Shown: piece after piece, positions 1 through 8,881 of the stretch | Position numbering within the stretch: the stretch's first letter is position 1 | How the letters are laid out: the number at the start of each line of letters is the position of its first letter | Origin: Dehalococcoidia bacterium | GTDB taxonomy: Bacteria; Chloroflexota; Dehalococcoidia; Dehalococcoidales; UBA1222 | Length of the DNA stretch: 64,000 nt | NCBI GenBank assembly: GCA_003597995.1 | Contig: QZJY01000016.1 | Coordinates: 751 to 64,750 of the forward strand | Reading direction: 5' to 3' | Made by a program: the position numbers and the translations under genes | Notes under the pieces: model-generated | Seen by the model: the letters and a program-made list of their open reading frames with translations, nothing else | Databases searched by the model: none | What the model was told of the DNA's origin: nothing

Positions 1-2
1 TA

Positions 3-92
3 GGACGCGAAACACTGCGGGATGAAGAAAATTTCAAGGCCGAGCATCCCGAAGTCGTGTTTGCATACGACGGGTTGAAGATGGAGATATGA
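3..92 (+). CDS. 3' end of a gene cut by the window edge (..FAYDGLKMEI*); family not assignable
   Basis: Open frame from the window start to TGA at 90-92. The C-terminus vaguely resembles MBL-fold hydrolase ends. Confidence 0.25.
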   Translation, partial: GRETLRDEENFKAEHPEVVFAYDGLKMEI

Positions 93-173
93 CACTCTTG
101 ATGATCTGGGATACTGCAATGAGACATACGGAGCGAATGGAAAATGCTAAAAAGGGCTTGATATAAATTGAAG

Positions 174-854
174 TTAAGGTAAATGAATTATGAAACCTTC
201 CCTCAGAACGTCTTTATCTGCATCGTCTGATGGTTCTCGCCCCTTGCTTTCTGTCTTATTATGTCTGAAAAGGTAGGCAATGTATGCGGCCAATGCCGCA
301 TCAAGTTGGTCATGTGTCGGCAGATTAACGTAGCTAAAGCTAGCCCCGAAATGAACTCCACAGTTTAGCAATATTTGATAGCGTTTTTGTCTTCCAGGTA
401 AGCTACGTTTCTTAGGTATAGGCTCTTTAGCCAACTTGCGCCAGGTAGCACCTGGATAAACTTCAATTAGATTGGTGTCAGAGATGTTTGTTTCAGCAAT
501 CCCATATAAGTGGAAATCCCCTGACTTGTAAAGAGAATAGAATAATCTGATTGAAGCGCTAACAAAACCTGCAAATGGTCTATTCGATTGGGGAAAAACA
601 TATGGAGACTTACCTGCCGCTCCCAACCTGCGCTCACATTCTCTCATTTTATCATTTGGGTTGCCAGCGAGTCCCTGTGGTCCATCTATGGCTAATACAT
701 AATCAGCGTCTAAAATATTCGGCGGAATAATAGAAGCTCCTGTAACACAGTACTCCCATTCATCAAAAACACATACTAGCTTTGAGTTTAATATGGCACG
801 GGCTGAGGGGCTTTTAATAGATAAGTCAAGCCCTATGAATATTGCATTTGTCAT
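174..854 (-). CDS. DUF429 family protein (predicted RNase H-like nuclease fold)
   Basis: 226-aa ORF with N-terminal IGLDLS and C-terminal PTHDQLDAALAAY motifs typical of DUF429. Clearly more AT-rich than pyrD next door. Confidence 0.55.
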   Translation of the reverse strand: MTNAIFIGLDLSIKSPSARAILNSKLVCVFDEWEYCVTGASIIPPNILDADYVLAIDGPQGLAGNPNDKMRECERRLGAAGKSPYVFPQSNRPFAGFVSASIRLFYSLYKSGDFHLYGIAETNISDTNLIEVYPGATWRKLAKEPIPKKRSLPGRQKRYQILLNCGVHFGASFSYVNLPTHDQLDAALAAYIAYLFRHNKTESKGREPSDDADKDVLREGFIIHLP

Positions 855-947
855 GGCATTTTGTTCCCTGAGTGATGATTTTAAGCGCTCTCATTAACAG
901 CGCCAGTCATCTCCGTTTTTGGTGAACAAAAGTGGTGAGCGCCGATT

Positions 948-1886
948 CTAGAGGCGGGCAGCACCTATCAACTCGGCGAGCTTTTTGATGCCGTTCTCGC
1001 GCATGTAGCTTTCCAGCCCGTCGATGATGTCCGTGGCCGCTGTGGGATTTATGAACGTGGCCGTACCCACCTCCACCGCGCTGGCCCCGGCCATGAGGAA
1101 TTCTAAAGCGTCCTCGGCTGTCATGATGCCCCCGCCCCCGATGACCGGCACGTCCACCGCCCCGGCTACCAGATAGACCATATAGAGCGCTACCGGCTTG
1201 ATAGCAGGGCCGGATAGCCCTCCCGTGGTATTAGCCAGAATGGGCTTGCGCTTTTTGATGTCTATGGCCATGCCCTTGAGGGTGTTGATAAGTGAGACCA
1301 CGTCAGCCCCGGCCCCGGCCACAGCCTGCGCTATGCCTACTATATCGGCGGCGTTGGGGGTGAGTTTTACAATGACAGGCAGTGTAGTGGCCTGCCTCAC
1401 TGCTCTCGTCACGGCGGCGGCGGATTCGGGGTTCGAGCCGAACTCCATGCAGCCGGCAGCCACGTTGGGGCAGCTTATGTTGACCTCTATGCCGCTCACG
1501 CCGGGCACGCCGTCGAGCCTCTTTGCCAGTTCCGCATATTCCTCGATACGCTCCCCGGCGATGTTGACGATGACCGGGACTCTCCATTTAGCCCACAGCG
1601 GTGCCTTGTCGCGGATAAGCGCGTCCACTCCCATGTTTTGCAGACCGATGGCGTTGAGCATGCCCTCCGGCGTCTCGGCAATGCGGGGCTGCTTGTTGCC
1701 CTCGCGCGGCGCGAGCGTCGTCCCCTTGCAGACGATGGCCCCCAGGCGCTGGATGTCGCACAGTCCACTCATCTCTTCGCCGTAGCCGAAGGTACCGGAA
1801 GCCGTCATCACCGGGTTGGCAAGGAGCAATCCGCGCCGGTTGCGGGGCGCGAGCTGCACGCTGAGGTCGGGTTTCACTGTGTCCAA
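948..1886 (-). CDS. pyrD: dihydroorotate dehydrogenase, class 1 catalytic subunit
   Basis: 312 aa with [26 protein letters not shown] and GGGGI motifs. No pyrK partner is visible in the window. Confidence 0.9.
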   Translation of the reverse strand: MDTVKPDLSVQLAPRNRRGLLLANPVMTASGTFGYGEEMSGLCDIQRLGAIVCKGTTLAPREGNKQPRIAETPEGMLNAIGLQNMGVDALIRDKAPLWAKWRVPVIVNIAGERIEEYAELAKRLDGVPGVSGIEVNISCPNVAAGCMEFGSNPESAAAVTRAVRQATTLPVIVKLTPNAADIVGIAQAVAGAGADVVSLINTLKGMAIDIKKRKPILANTTGGLSGPAIKPVALYMVYLVAGAVDVPVIGGGGIMTAEDALEFLMAGASAVEVGTATFINPTAATDIIDGLESYMRENGIKKLAELIGAARL

Positions 1887-2007
1887 AGTGCCATAATTAT
1901 AATCTCATGCCCGCATAGTGGCAAACTGCAGTTTGTTTATCGCAAGCGAGTGGAATTTCGCCGGCGGCATTGTATGGATGATTTTAGTGTTCCTAAAACG
2001 GGGCGTC

Positions 2008-2075
2008 TAAGAGGGGCGCAGGCCCCTCTTAAGAAATCATTTCCCCTTCCTGTGGGAAGGGGATAAAGGGGATAG
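2008..2075. repeat. GC-rich hairpin modules (aagaggggc-gcag-gcccctctt; tccccttcc-tgt-gggaagggga)
   Basis: Perfect short stem-loops of the same family seen in more than 12 other intergenic sites in this window. Confidence 0.7.
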
Positions 2076-2095
2076 GCAAGGGTTTTTTCAATCCG

Positions 2096-2135
2096 TTTTT
2101 GTTTAGCATTTAGATATTAAGATTTCGGATTTCTA
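2096..2135. repeat. partial copy (one arm) of the AT-rich intergenic element family
   Basis: tttgtttagcatttagatattaagatttcgg is about 80% identical by eye to the arm tttatttagtatttagatattagaatttag at 33786-33815. Confidence 0.5.
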
Positions 2136-2373
2136 GTAACGCTATTGAATAATGTGAAAAAATAGGCTACACTGGTTGGTAGTGGCAGACATGTATATCT
2201 CCCCGGCGGCGCGATTGAGCCTTCCACGCCTGTGGGCGGCTCGATGCGGGTTATTCTTTGCCAGCTAGTCCTGGCTGAGCGCCTTTTATATTTATCACCG
2301 GACTTTTCGCAATTTAATTCAACGCAGTATCGGGGTACTCAAAAGCAGGTTAGTATAACCGCAGGAGAAGGCG

Positions 2374-2727
2374 ATGACCGATGTTAATTACAAGCTGATC
2401 CGGCTTCGTCTGGAGAGAGAACGCAAGCGCTTGACCGAGCAGATGGAGCACATACGCGCCAATCGTTCTTCAGAGGAAAGGCGCGAGGGCAGCCCTTTCG
2501 GCAAACGCGAGGAAGAAGCCACCGAGACCGCCGACCTGGAGAATATGGTGGCCCAGGAGCAGCGAGTCCGCGAAGAGCTGGCGGACATCGAGACCGCTCT
2601 CAAGAAATTCGACCTTGGAACCTTCGGGATATGCGAGAAGTGCGGCCGCTCAATCGAGCTGGCCCGCCTGGAAGCCGTGCCGACGGCCAAACTGTGCATG
2701 AATGACGCCCAGAAAAATGCCAGATAA
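2374..2727 (+). CDS. DksA/TraR family C4-type zinc-finger protein
   Basis: 117 aa with an acidic coiled-coil N-terminus and CEKCGRSIELARLEAVPTAKLC at the C-terminus. Confidence 0.8.
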   Translation: MTDVNYKLIRLRLERERKRLTEQMEHIRANRSSEERREGSPFGKREEEATETADLENMVAQEQRVREELADIETALKKFDLGTFGICEKCGRSIELARLEAVPTAKLCMNDAQKNAR

Positions 2728-3232
2728 GACACCACGCCTGTCTCCCCTTTTCTATGTGACCGCCGCCGTGGTGGTGACGCTTGACCAGCTCACCAAGCTA
2801 TGGGTAAAGAACGCCATCCCCCTCTACGGCTCCTGGCCCGAAACGGGTTTTTTCCGCATAACCCACGGCAGCAACACCGGGGCGGCCTTCGGCATATTCC
2901 AGGACTCGCGAATTATCCTTAGCATCATCTCGTCCATCGGCGTGGTAGTTGTCCTCTATATCGCGCTCTGGCTCAGCAAACGCTTCACCTTCCTCAGGTG
3001 GAAGACCACCATGCTGGCGCTCGGTTTGATACTGGGCGGGACGGTGGGCAACCTCATCGACCGCGCTTTTATCGGGCATGTCACAGATTTTATCAAGGTG
3101 GGCCCCTGGCCCGATTTTAATATAGCCGACTCGTCCCTGGTAGTGGGCGGCATACTGCTGGCCTTCAACCTCATCCGCGCCTCCAATGAGGAGCGTAGCG
3201 ATGGAAAAAGCGCTTCTGCTGAAAGCCGGTAG
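2702..3232 (+). CDS. lspA: lipoprotein signal peptidase II
   Basis: 176 aa with 4 TM segments and the motifs NTGAAFG, GNLIDR and DFI..FNIADS. The start may be the second ATG at 2717. Confidence 0.9.
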   Translation: MTPRKMPDKTPRLSPLFYVTAAVVVTLDQLTKLWVKNAIPLYGSWPETGFFRITHGSNTGAAFGIFQDSRIILSIISSIGVVVVLYIALWLSKRFTFLRWKTTMLALGLILGGTVGNLIDRAFIGHVTDFIKVGPWPDFNIADSSLVVGGILLAFNLIRASNEERSDGKSASAESR

Positions 3233-4097
3233 CGCGGACGTCCGCCTCGACCTCTTCATAGTTCAGCAATTGCCGGAGCTATCCCGCAGCTTCATCCAGA
3301 AGCTCATCGAAGATGGCCACGTCACGCTCAACCGAAAACCCGCCAGGCCCGGCCTCAAGCTGAAAAAAGGGGATGAAGTCTGCATCACTATTCCGCCCCC
3401 CGAACCCAGTGAACTGCTGGCTGAGGACATACCTCTCAGCATCATTTACGAGGATGACGACCTGCTGGTGGTGGACAAGCCTGCCGGCATGACGACTCAC
3501 CCCGCCCCCGGCAATCCCGCTCACACACTGGTCAACGCCGTGCTGTCCCATCTGCCTGACCTCCCCGAGAGCGACAACCCCGCTCGCCCCGGCATAGTGC
3601 ACCGCCTGGACAAGGACACCTCAGGGCTTATCCTGATAGCCAAGACTCGCGGCGCTCTGGCAAACCTCTCGGCTCAGTTCAAGTCGCGTGAGGTCAAGAA
3701 GGCCTACGTCGCTCTGGTAAAAGGGAAAGTCACCCCTCAAAAAGGTATTATTGACGCCCCCATCGGGCGCGACCGCGCCCACCGCCAGAAGATGGCCATA
3801 ACAGACTCAGGCCGCCCGGCGCGCACGGCCTACACCGCGCTCAAGGTTTACGACGGCTATACGCTGGTGGAAGCCAGGCCGGAGACAGGCCGAACGCATC
3901 AAATACGGGTGCATTTCGCCTCGGTGGGGCACCCCATCGTAGGGGATGCCACCTACGGGTCGAAGTCGGATTTGGTGGTACGCCAGTTCCTGCATGCGCA
4001 GCGCCTGAGCTTCAAGCTGCCGTCCACGGGCAAGAGTGTGGAGTTCACCTCGCCTTTGCCGCCGGACCTGAAATCTGCGCTGGACAGGCTGGGATAG
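3186..4097 (+). CDS. rluD: RluA/RluD-family 23S rRNA pseudouridine synthase with S4 domain
   Basis: 303 aa with the HRLDKDTSGL catalytic motif and RTHQIRVH near the C-terminus. The dksA-lspA-rluD order is conserved. Confidence 0.85.
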   Translation: MRSVAMEKALLLKAGSADVRLDLFIVQQLPELSRSFIQKLIEDGHVTLNRKPARPGLKLKKGDEVCITIPPPEPSELLAEDIPLSIIYEDDDLLVVDKPAGMTTHPAPGNPAHTLVNAVLSHLPDLPESDNPARPGIVHRLDKDTSGLILIAKTRGALANLSAQFKSREVKKAYVALVKGKVTPQKGIIDAPIGRDRAHRQKMAITDSGRPARTAYTALKVYDGYTLVEARPETGRTHQIRVHFASVGHPIVGDATYGSKSDLVVRQFLHAQRLSFKLPSTGKSVEFTSPLPPDLKSALDRLG

Positions 4098-4104
4098 AAT
4101 CCCA

Positions 4105-4290
4105 TTCCGCAACTATTTTTTCTCTCCCTCGACGGGAGAGACGTAAGTGAGGGTGAGAGTTATGGAATACCCCTCACCCATTCGGCTTTGCTCAGGGCAG
4201 GCTCTTAATCGTCTCCCGCAAGGGGCGAGGAGACCTCCCTTCCAGATGCTTCGGCCAGCCTCTCTGGCCTCCAGCATGGACAATTGGGAA
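4105..4290. repeat. cluster of GC-rich hairpin modules, including a 38-nt unit at 4242-4279
   Basis: Contains tctctccc-tcgac-gggagaga and gtgaggg..ccctcac. The unit 4242-4279 is the exact reverse complement of 42186-42223. Confidence 0.8.
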
Positions 4291-4291
4291 G

Positions 4292-4636
4292 TTACCCCAG
4301 CTCCCCCGCCATCTCCCGCCCGCCCAGCAGGTGCACGTGGAGGTGCTGCACCACCTGGCCCCCCTGTGGCCCGCAGTTGACGGCCACTCTATAACCCTTC
4401 TGCGCGATGCCTTCCTCTTTAGCCAGTTTATTAGCCACGTGCAGCAGGGAGCCCATCAGCGGCTGGTCTTTCTCGTCAAGCGCGGCCAGGTTGGCATAGT
4501 GCTTCTTGGGAATGATGAGTATGTGTGTGGGAGCCTGGGGGTGGATGTCGCGAAAGGCGAAGACGCGCTCGTCCTCGAAAACCTTCGTGCTGGGGATTTG
4601 CCCCGCGACTATCTTGCAGAAGATACAGTCTTGCAT
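4292..4636 (-). CDS. HIT (histidine triad) family nucleotide hydrolase
   Basis: 114 aa with CIFCKI at the N-terminus and the HLHVHLLGG triad. Confidence 0.85.
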   Translation of the reverse strand: MQDCIFCKIVAGQIPSTKVFEDERVFAFRDIHPQAPTHILIIPKKHYANLAALDEKDQPLMGSLLHVANKLAKEEGIAQKGYRVAVNCGPQGGQVVQHLHVHLLGGREMAGELG

Positions 4637-4645
4637 GTTCTACTC

Positions 4646-5200
4646 CTACTTGCGGCGGTATTTAGCTATCTGCTGCTCGAAGAGGTCGCCGCCGTGCATG
4701 TCGCTGGCCACGATGACCGGGAAGTCCTCCACCTCCAGCCTCATCACGGCCTCGGCTCCCAGCTCGGGATAGGCCACCACCTCCGCTTTCCTCACGGTCT
4801 TTGCCAGCAGAGCCCCGGCTCCCCCGTAAGTGACGAAATAGACGGCGCGCTGCTTCTTGATGGCCTCTTTCACCTCCGCCGAGCGCTCGCCCTTGCCTAT
4901 CATGGCCCCCAGTCCGGCAGCCAGCAGAGCCGGTGTGAAGGCGTCCATGCGCCCGCTGGTGGTGGGGCCGCAGGAGCCGATGACCTGCCCCGGGCGGGCG
5001 GGCGTGGGCCCCATGTAGTAGATGGTCTGCCCCTTGATGTCGAAGGGCAAAGGCTGGCCGCTTTTCAGTGCCTCTACCAGCCTTTTATGGGCGGCATCGC
5101 GCGCTGTGTAGATGACGCCCGATAGCGAGATGGAGTCTCCGGCGCACAGCTTCTTGCGCATATTGTCTCCGATAGGGGTCTCGATGCTCCAGATAGCCAC
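4646..5200 (-). CDS. class I fumarate hydratase / Fe-S hydro-lyase, beta subunit
   Basis: Carries the LSGVIYTARDAAHKRL and GPTTSGRMD motifs. The start is placed at GTG 5200, which overlaps the upstream TAG by 1 nt and has GGAGGTG 9 nt upstream. The ORF track extends to 5236. Confidence 0.8.
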   Translation of the reverse strand: MAIWSIETPIGDNMRKKLCAGDSISLSGVIYTARDAAHKRLVEALKSGQPLPFDIKGQTIYYMGPTPARPGQVIGSCGPTTSGRMDAFTPALLAAGLGAMIGKGERSAEVKEAIKKQRAVYFVTYGGAGALLAKTVRKAEVVAYPELGAEAVMRLEVEDFPVIVASDMHGGDLFEQQIAKYRRK

Positions 5201-6045
5201 TACAGCACCACCTCCGCGTGGCGGGCGCTGTGGCACTGGAGATTGATGGCGAGCGGCAAACTGGCGAAGTGGCAGGGGCGGGATTCGGCATGCACCGCGA
5301 GAGCAGTCACAATGCCTCCCATCCCCAGCGGCCCGATGCCCAGCTTGTTGACCGCTTCAAGCACCTTCCACTCCAATTCAGCCGTTTCAGGGTCGGAGCT
5401 GGGCCAGCCGGCGGGACGCAGCAGCGCGCGCTTGGCCATCAGCATGGCTTTCTCGGCGGTGGCGCCGATACCCAGCCCGATGATTAGGGGCGGGCAGGGG
5501 TTGCCGCCGGCCTCTTTGACGGCGCTGACGACGGCATCTGCAATTCCCTGCTCTCCGGCGCCTGGCCTGAGCATGACGAGACGGCTCATGTTCTCGGCGC
5601 CGCCTCCCTTGGGCATGAAGCCGATTTTTATTTTATCGCCGGGCGCGACCTCTGTGTGTATAACCGGCGGGGTGTTGTCTCCCGTATTCAGACGTCCTGT
5701 AAACGGATGGGTCACCATGGATTTGCGCAGGTAACCCTCTTTATAGCCCTGCCTGATGCCTTCGGCGACGGCAGTATAGAGGTCGCCGCCGGTAAGGTGC
5801 ACGTCCTGGCCGATGTCCAGGAACACTACCGCCGCGCCGCAGTCCTGGCACAGGGGCAGGTTTTCAGCCTTAGCCAGTTGAGCGTTCTCCAGCAGCCTGT
5901 CGAGGGCCTCTTTCCCGATGGGGGAACTCTCGCGCTCGCGGGCTTTTCTAAGTGCTTCAAGCACGTCTGCGCCCAGCTCGAAGTTGGTCTTCTGACACAA
6001 CCTGGCGACGGCCTGTGTGACTTCCTTTACGTCGATTTCTCTCAT
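5200..6045 (-). CDS. class I fumarate hydratase / Fe-S hydro-lyase, alpha subunit
   Basis: 281 aa with PLCQDCG and a GGGAENMS-type motif of the FumA/TtdA N-terminal domain. Confidence 0.85.
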   Translation of the reverse strand: MREIDVKEVTQAVARLCQKTNFELGADVLEALRKARERESSPIGKEALDRLLENAQLAKAENLPLCQDCGAAVVFLDIGQDVHLTGGDLYTAVAEGIRQGYKEGYLRKSMVTHPFTGRLNTGDNTPPVIHTEVAPGDKIKIGFMPKGGGAENMSRLVMLRPGAGEQGIADAVVSAVKEAGGNPCPPLIIGLGIGATAEKAMLMAKRALLRPAGWPSSDPETAELEWKVLEAVNKLGIGPLGMGGIVTALAVHAESRPCHFASLPLAINLQCHSARHAEVVL

Positions 6046-6064
6046 GGCGTGGGTTTATTCTAGC

Positions 6065-6235
6065 ACGAAACCCTGGGGAAGGGACAAATGGGAAAATCCC
6101 TTTCGGCTTGCCTAAGGCCAGCAAAGGACGGAGAATGTGCCTCCCTACCTCGGGGTCCTCACGTCGTTCCGCCACGGCGGAACTTCCTCAGGACGACACC
6201 CTGGAAAATCCCTCGATTAGGGCAAAATGAAAGAA
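6065..6235. repeat. GC-rich hairpin or degenerate repeat cluster
   Basis: Contains ccctacctcgg and gttccgccacggcggaac modules shared with other intergenic sites. Confidence 0.5.
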
Positions 6236-6256
6236 GGCGGGTGTTAATTCCCGCCC
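6224..6256 (-). terminator. intrinsic terminator downstream of the GcvH-like gene
   Basis: On the minus strand: ggcggg-aattaaca-cccgcc followed by ttctttcatttt. Confidence 0.6.
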
Positions 6257-6291
6257 TCCGTTCGGATATGCTCGTAAATACCTTAAAAGTT

Positions 6292-7062
6292 TTATTTCTT
6301 GGCGGCGACGAGATCCCGGTATTGTAGCGCGGTCAGCAGAGTCTTGAGTTCATCGGGTTTACCGAGTTGAATGGCTATCACCCAGCCGGTGTTATAAACA
6401 TCAATAACTAAGGGCTGGATTACCTGACCCTGGAGCATCCATCCTTTTAAAAATTGATTAACTTGAACAATTGTCCCACTGACAGGGCTCGGAGGTCGGC
6501 GCTGATTTTAAACCCTTCGATAGTCACGAAACTATCCCCCTGGGCCAGAACGCTACCGACTACAGCGTCCGATATCTTGAATGGTTCACCCAGTATCTTT
6601 TCTAGTATGGCAGAAATTCCGACCACCACTATGTTGGCTGATACAGACTTGGCCCATAAGTGATCCTGGGAATACATACGGTCGGTGGCGATTTCACATT
6701 CGGTATTGGTACTTTGATAAGCGGGGGTATTGCAGTGGGATGAACGTAAGAAAAACCGGTCGTGGCGGGAGTACTCGTAGTCGGTATGGTTGAGCTTGGG
6801 GTGGGTGTAGCCGATGTCGGCGTGGTGGTGGTTGAAGCTGGAGTGGTTGAAGTCGGGGTAGTAGTCGTGGAGGTATTAACATTAGTGGTTGTGTACGTGG
6901 TGGTACCGCTGGGAGATTTGCAAGCTGACGGGAGCGAAATAGATGCTATAGCCGCCCCACCCATCGCGAGGCTTACCCGTTTTAAAAACTGCCGTCTGGA
7001 AAACTTTGTAACATGAAAGTTGGCCCTGTTTTCTCGATTCCTTTTTCCTTCCCTTCCTGCAT
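6292..7062 (-). pseudogene. Tat-signal lipoprotein with Thr/Pro-rich linker and C-terminal GcvH-like (lipoyl-type) domain, disrupted by three 1-nt frameshifts
   Basis: AAGGAGG sits 7 nt upstream of ATG 7062. The remaining parts are SRRQFLK..LPSAC (Tat signal plus lipobox), a T/P linker, and a GcvH-like YSQDHLWAK..EGFKISADLRA|PVSGTIVQVN..NTGWV. The three parts lie in three frames joined at T4, A3 and C3 runs. Confidence 0.7.
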
Positions 7063-7144
7063 CTATCCACCCTCCTTAATCGAGTAAAGGCATATCTCCA
7101 ACGAGTTCATCCGACTCCCACCCCTTCAAAGAAGCCTCATTTGA

Positions 7145-7879
7145 TTACCAGCCGGTCAATGTCCCCGTTTTAATCTGCGATAGCAGCCAGAAACCGACGA
7201 GTATAAGTAAAATACCGGATATATAACGAAGCGGTTTATCCATTTTTTCCATAAACTTGGTGGCTCGTCCCATGCCCAGGCCGAGCATGACCGCCACCAG
7301 CGGGGCTACAAAGCCGATAGCGAATACGATTAATATGATAGTTCCTTCCAGCACTTTACCGCGTAGAGCGGCCAACCCCAGAACTATAGGAAGCTGTAAC
7401 GGAGAGCAGGCGGCGGCGCATCCCGCGGTTGCCAGACCCACGGTGGCTCCAAGAAGCAGCGCACCCAACGTACCGCTGGGAAGTTTTTCTGTAGCTAGCT
7501 TAAAGGTGGGAAAGCGCATCGGCAGCCAGTCGAGCGCCGAAAGTCCGAGAATTAAGCAGGCGAAACCGAGAACTTTTTTAACATAAAAACCGAGCCTGCC
7601 AGTGGATGCCATAATGTCTCCGCCGGCGAATGCCATAACGGCTCCGAGCGCACCCAAAATGACTATCGAAGAGAGCGCAAATGCCGCGGCGGCGGTAAGC
7701 AACTGACCGCGATTCCCGCCCTTACTGGATCCCGTATAACCGAGGATTACCAGCATGGCGGGAAGCCCGCCGCAGCCTGCCGTGGTTGCGGCCGAAGACA
7801 GCCCGAAAAGGAAGGAGGCGACCAGCACCGTGAAACCGAACGTCTGACCCTTAAGGATATCCTGAATCCATGCATCCAT
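7145..7879 (-). CDS. CcdA/DsbD-like polytopic membrane protein (putative thiol-disulfide transporter)
   Basis: 244 aa with about 6 TM segments. A Cys-Pro-containing TM motif occurs in each half (AGCGGLPAM and AACSPLQLP), as in the DsbD superfamily. Confidence 0.5.
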   Translation of the reverse strand: MDAWIQDILKGQTFGFTVLVASFLFGLSSAATTAGCGGLPAMLVILGYTGSSKGGNRGQLLTAAAAFALSSIVILGALGAVMAFAGGDIMASTGRLGFYVKKVLGFACLILGLSALDWLPMRFPTFKLATEKLPSGTLGALLLGATVGLATAGCAAACSPLQLPIVLGLAALRGKVLEGTIILIVFAIGFVAPLVAVMLGLGMGRATKFMEKMDKPLRYISGILLILVGFWLLSQIKTGTLTGW

Positions 7880-7894
7880 ATTCTTTTCCGTCCT

Positions 7895-8437
7895 TCAGCG
7901 CAAGAATTTGCGGTCGAGATACTGGTTGTAAATAGTGTCCGCCGTGATATTTGATCGCAGAGTTACCGGAAATGCACTCGCAGCCTGGGTAAACAGCTTC
8001 ATAGTCAGGGTAGGATAGGTCAGGGAATTGTTGGCCGGCAAGATGAATACGCCCACATAAATGCGGTCAGTAGAACGTATTTTATTGGCTGCTTGTACCG
8101 TGAGGTTTGTAATGGAGGTATTCAAAGCAGCATCGGGGCAGGGAGTAATGACCATCACAAAGTCGTTGTTTGAGCCATATGCCTCTGATATTGAGGCGAT
8201 GTTGAGGGGCGTTTCCCCTGTATAAGTGGGCGGCGGATGCGGAATTATTGATGAAGTTTGGTGCGCAGCTTCATACCTTATAGAGGAATTCACGGTCAGT
8301 CCGATCGCCACCAGGCCAACGACGATCAACATTACCGTTTTCCACCTGGCCCAGGGAACGACCGGTTTTTGCTCTGAGGGGACTCCGCCCGTGTCGGGAG
8401 TGCTGTTCTCGCTCATTTTGCTGCTCCTTCCGTCCAT
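7895..8437 (-). CDS. membrane-anchored protein of unknown function (single N-terminal TM, extracytoplasmic domain)
   Basis: 180-aa ORF lying 15 nt upstream of the CcdA-like gene. It has a single Cys in ITPCPDA and no recognisable family. Confidence 0.5.
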   Translation of the reverse strand: MDGRSSKMSENSTPDTGGVPSEQKPVVPWARWKTVMLIVVGLVAIGLTVNSSIRYEAAHQTSSIIPHPPPTYTGETPLNIASISEAYGSNNDFVMVITPCPDAALNTSITNLTVQAANKIRSTDRIYVGVFILPANNSLTYPTLTMKLFTQAASAFPVTLRSNITADTIYNQYLDRKFLR

Positions 8438-8498
8438 GTTTATTTATACTGTATTCCGCAGACTGACGGCTGGCACTCTGTTTCAAGAAAATGGCGGT

Positions 8499-8849
8499 CT
8501 AGCAAGACACGCAGCCGGGTCCGACGCGCTTGGATTGCTTCAAGCGCATTACGTCTTTTTTAGCTGTCTCGTTGGCTTGCATCTCCTTTTTTACCGCATC
8601 GAGCAGATTGGCATAAAATCCGTTGGCACCTGTATCGCGGAGCGAATAAAGAGTATACAGGCCGTCGGTGCGCATATTGAGAAACCCGGCGTCATCTAGA
8701 ATCTTTAAGTTGCGCGAAGCGCGGGTCTGCGAAATTTCGAGAGCCTGTATCACCTCGCAGACGCAGCATTCCTGGACCATGAGTAAGTTCAGTATACGGA
8801 GCCGGGTCTCGTCGGATAGAGCCTGGGCTGCGCGTGTCAGTTGTTTCAT
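8499..8849 (-). CDS. arsR: ArsR/SmtB family metalloregulator
   Basis: 116 aa with LSDETRLRILNLL and a winged HTH. The ECCVCE motif sits at the classical As(III)-binding position. Confidence 0.85.
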   Translation of the reverse strand: MKQLTRAAQALSDETRLRILNLLMVQECCVCEVIQALEISQTRASRNLKILDDAGFLNMRTDGLYTLYSLRDTGANGFYANLLDAVKKEMQANETAKKDVMRLKQSKRVGPGCVSC

Positions 8850-8881
8850 GTAGACCTCTCTTTATCCGGTTTAACCCGGCC

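Noticed and set aside
1198-1785. Long ORFs antisense to or nested within real genes. Examples: 1198-1785 versus pyrD, 13762-14493 versus hrcA, 16306-17322 and 16038-16784 versus dnaK, 19556-20545 versus gpsA, 25044-25694 and 27671-28549 versus polA/mutM, 37043-38077 versus nadB, 54496-55188 versus folP, and 59488-60595 versus rny.
   Set aside because: Each overlaps a gene with unambiguous family motifs on the other strand or frame. The translations are Arg/Ala/Gly/Pro-rich with no motifs. This is the usual stop-codon-poor shadow-ORF effect in GC-rich DNA.
2140-2373. Possible structured RNA upstream of the dksA-like gene (hairpin gattgagcc..ggctcgatg at about 2208-2250).
   Set aside because: It is a single imperfect 8-bp stem with no match to any ncRNA or riboswitch consensus I know. 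The evidence is insufficient.
4147-4380. ORFs lying inside repeat clusters: 4147-4380, 6088-6327, 22767-22970, 42108-42320, 42688-42885, 44916-45206, 48924-49225, 55236-55484 and 61125-61461.
   Set aside because: They are translations of the hairpin repeat modules. The same peptide words recur wherever the repeat recurs, there is no RBS or start context, and they run across obvious stem-loops.
6292-7062. Programmed ribosomal frameshifting or transcriptional slippage as an explanation for the three frame changes in the GcvH-like gene.
   Set aside because: The runs are only 3-4 nt (T4, A3, C3). There is no slippery heptamer or downstream structure, and three independent events would be needed. 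Pseudogenisation, or less likely homopolymer miscalls, is simpler.
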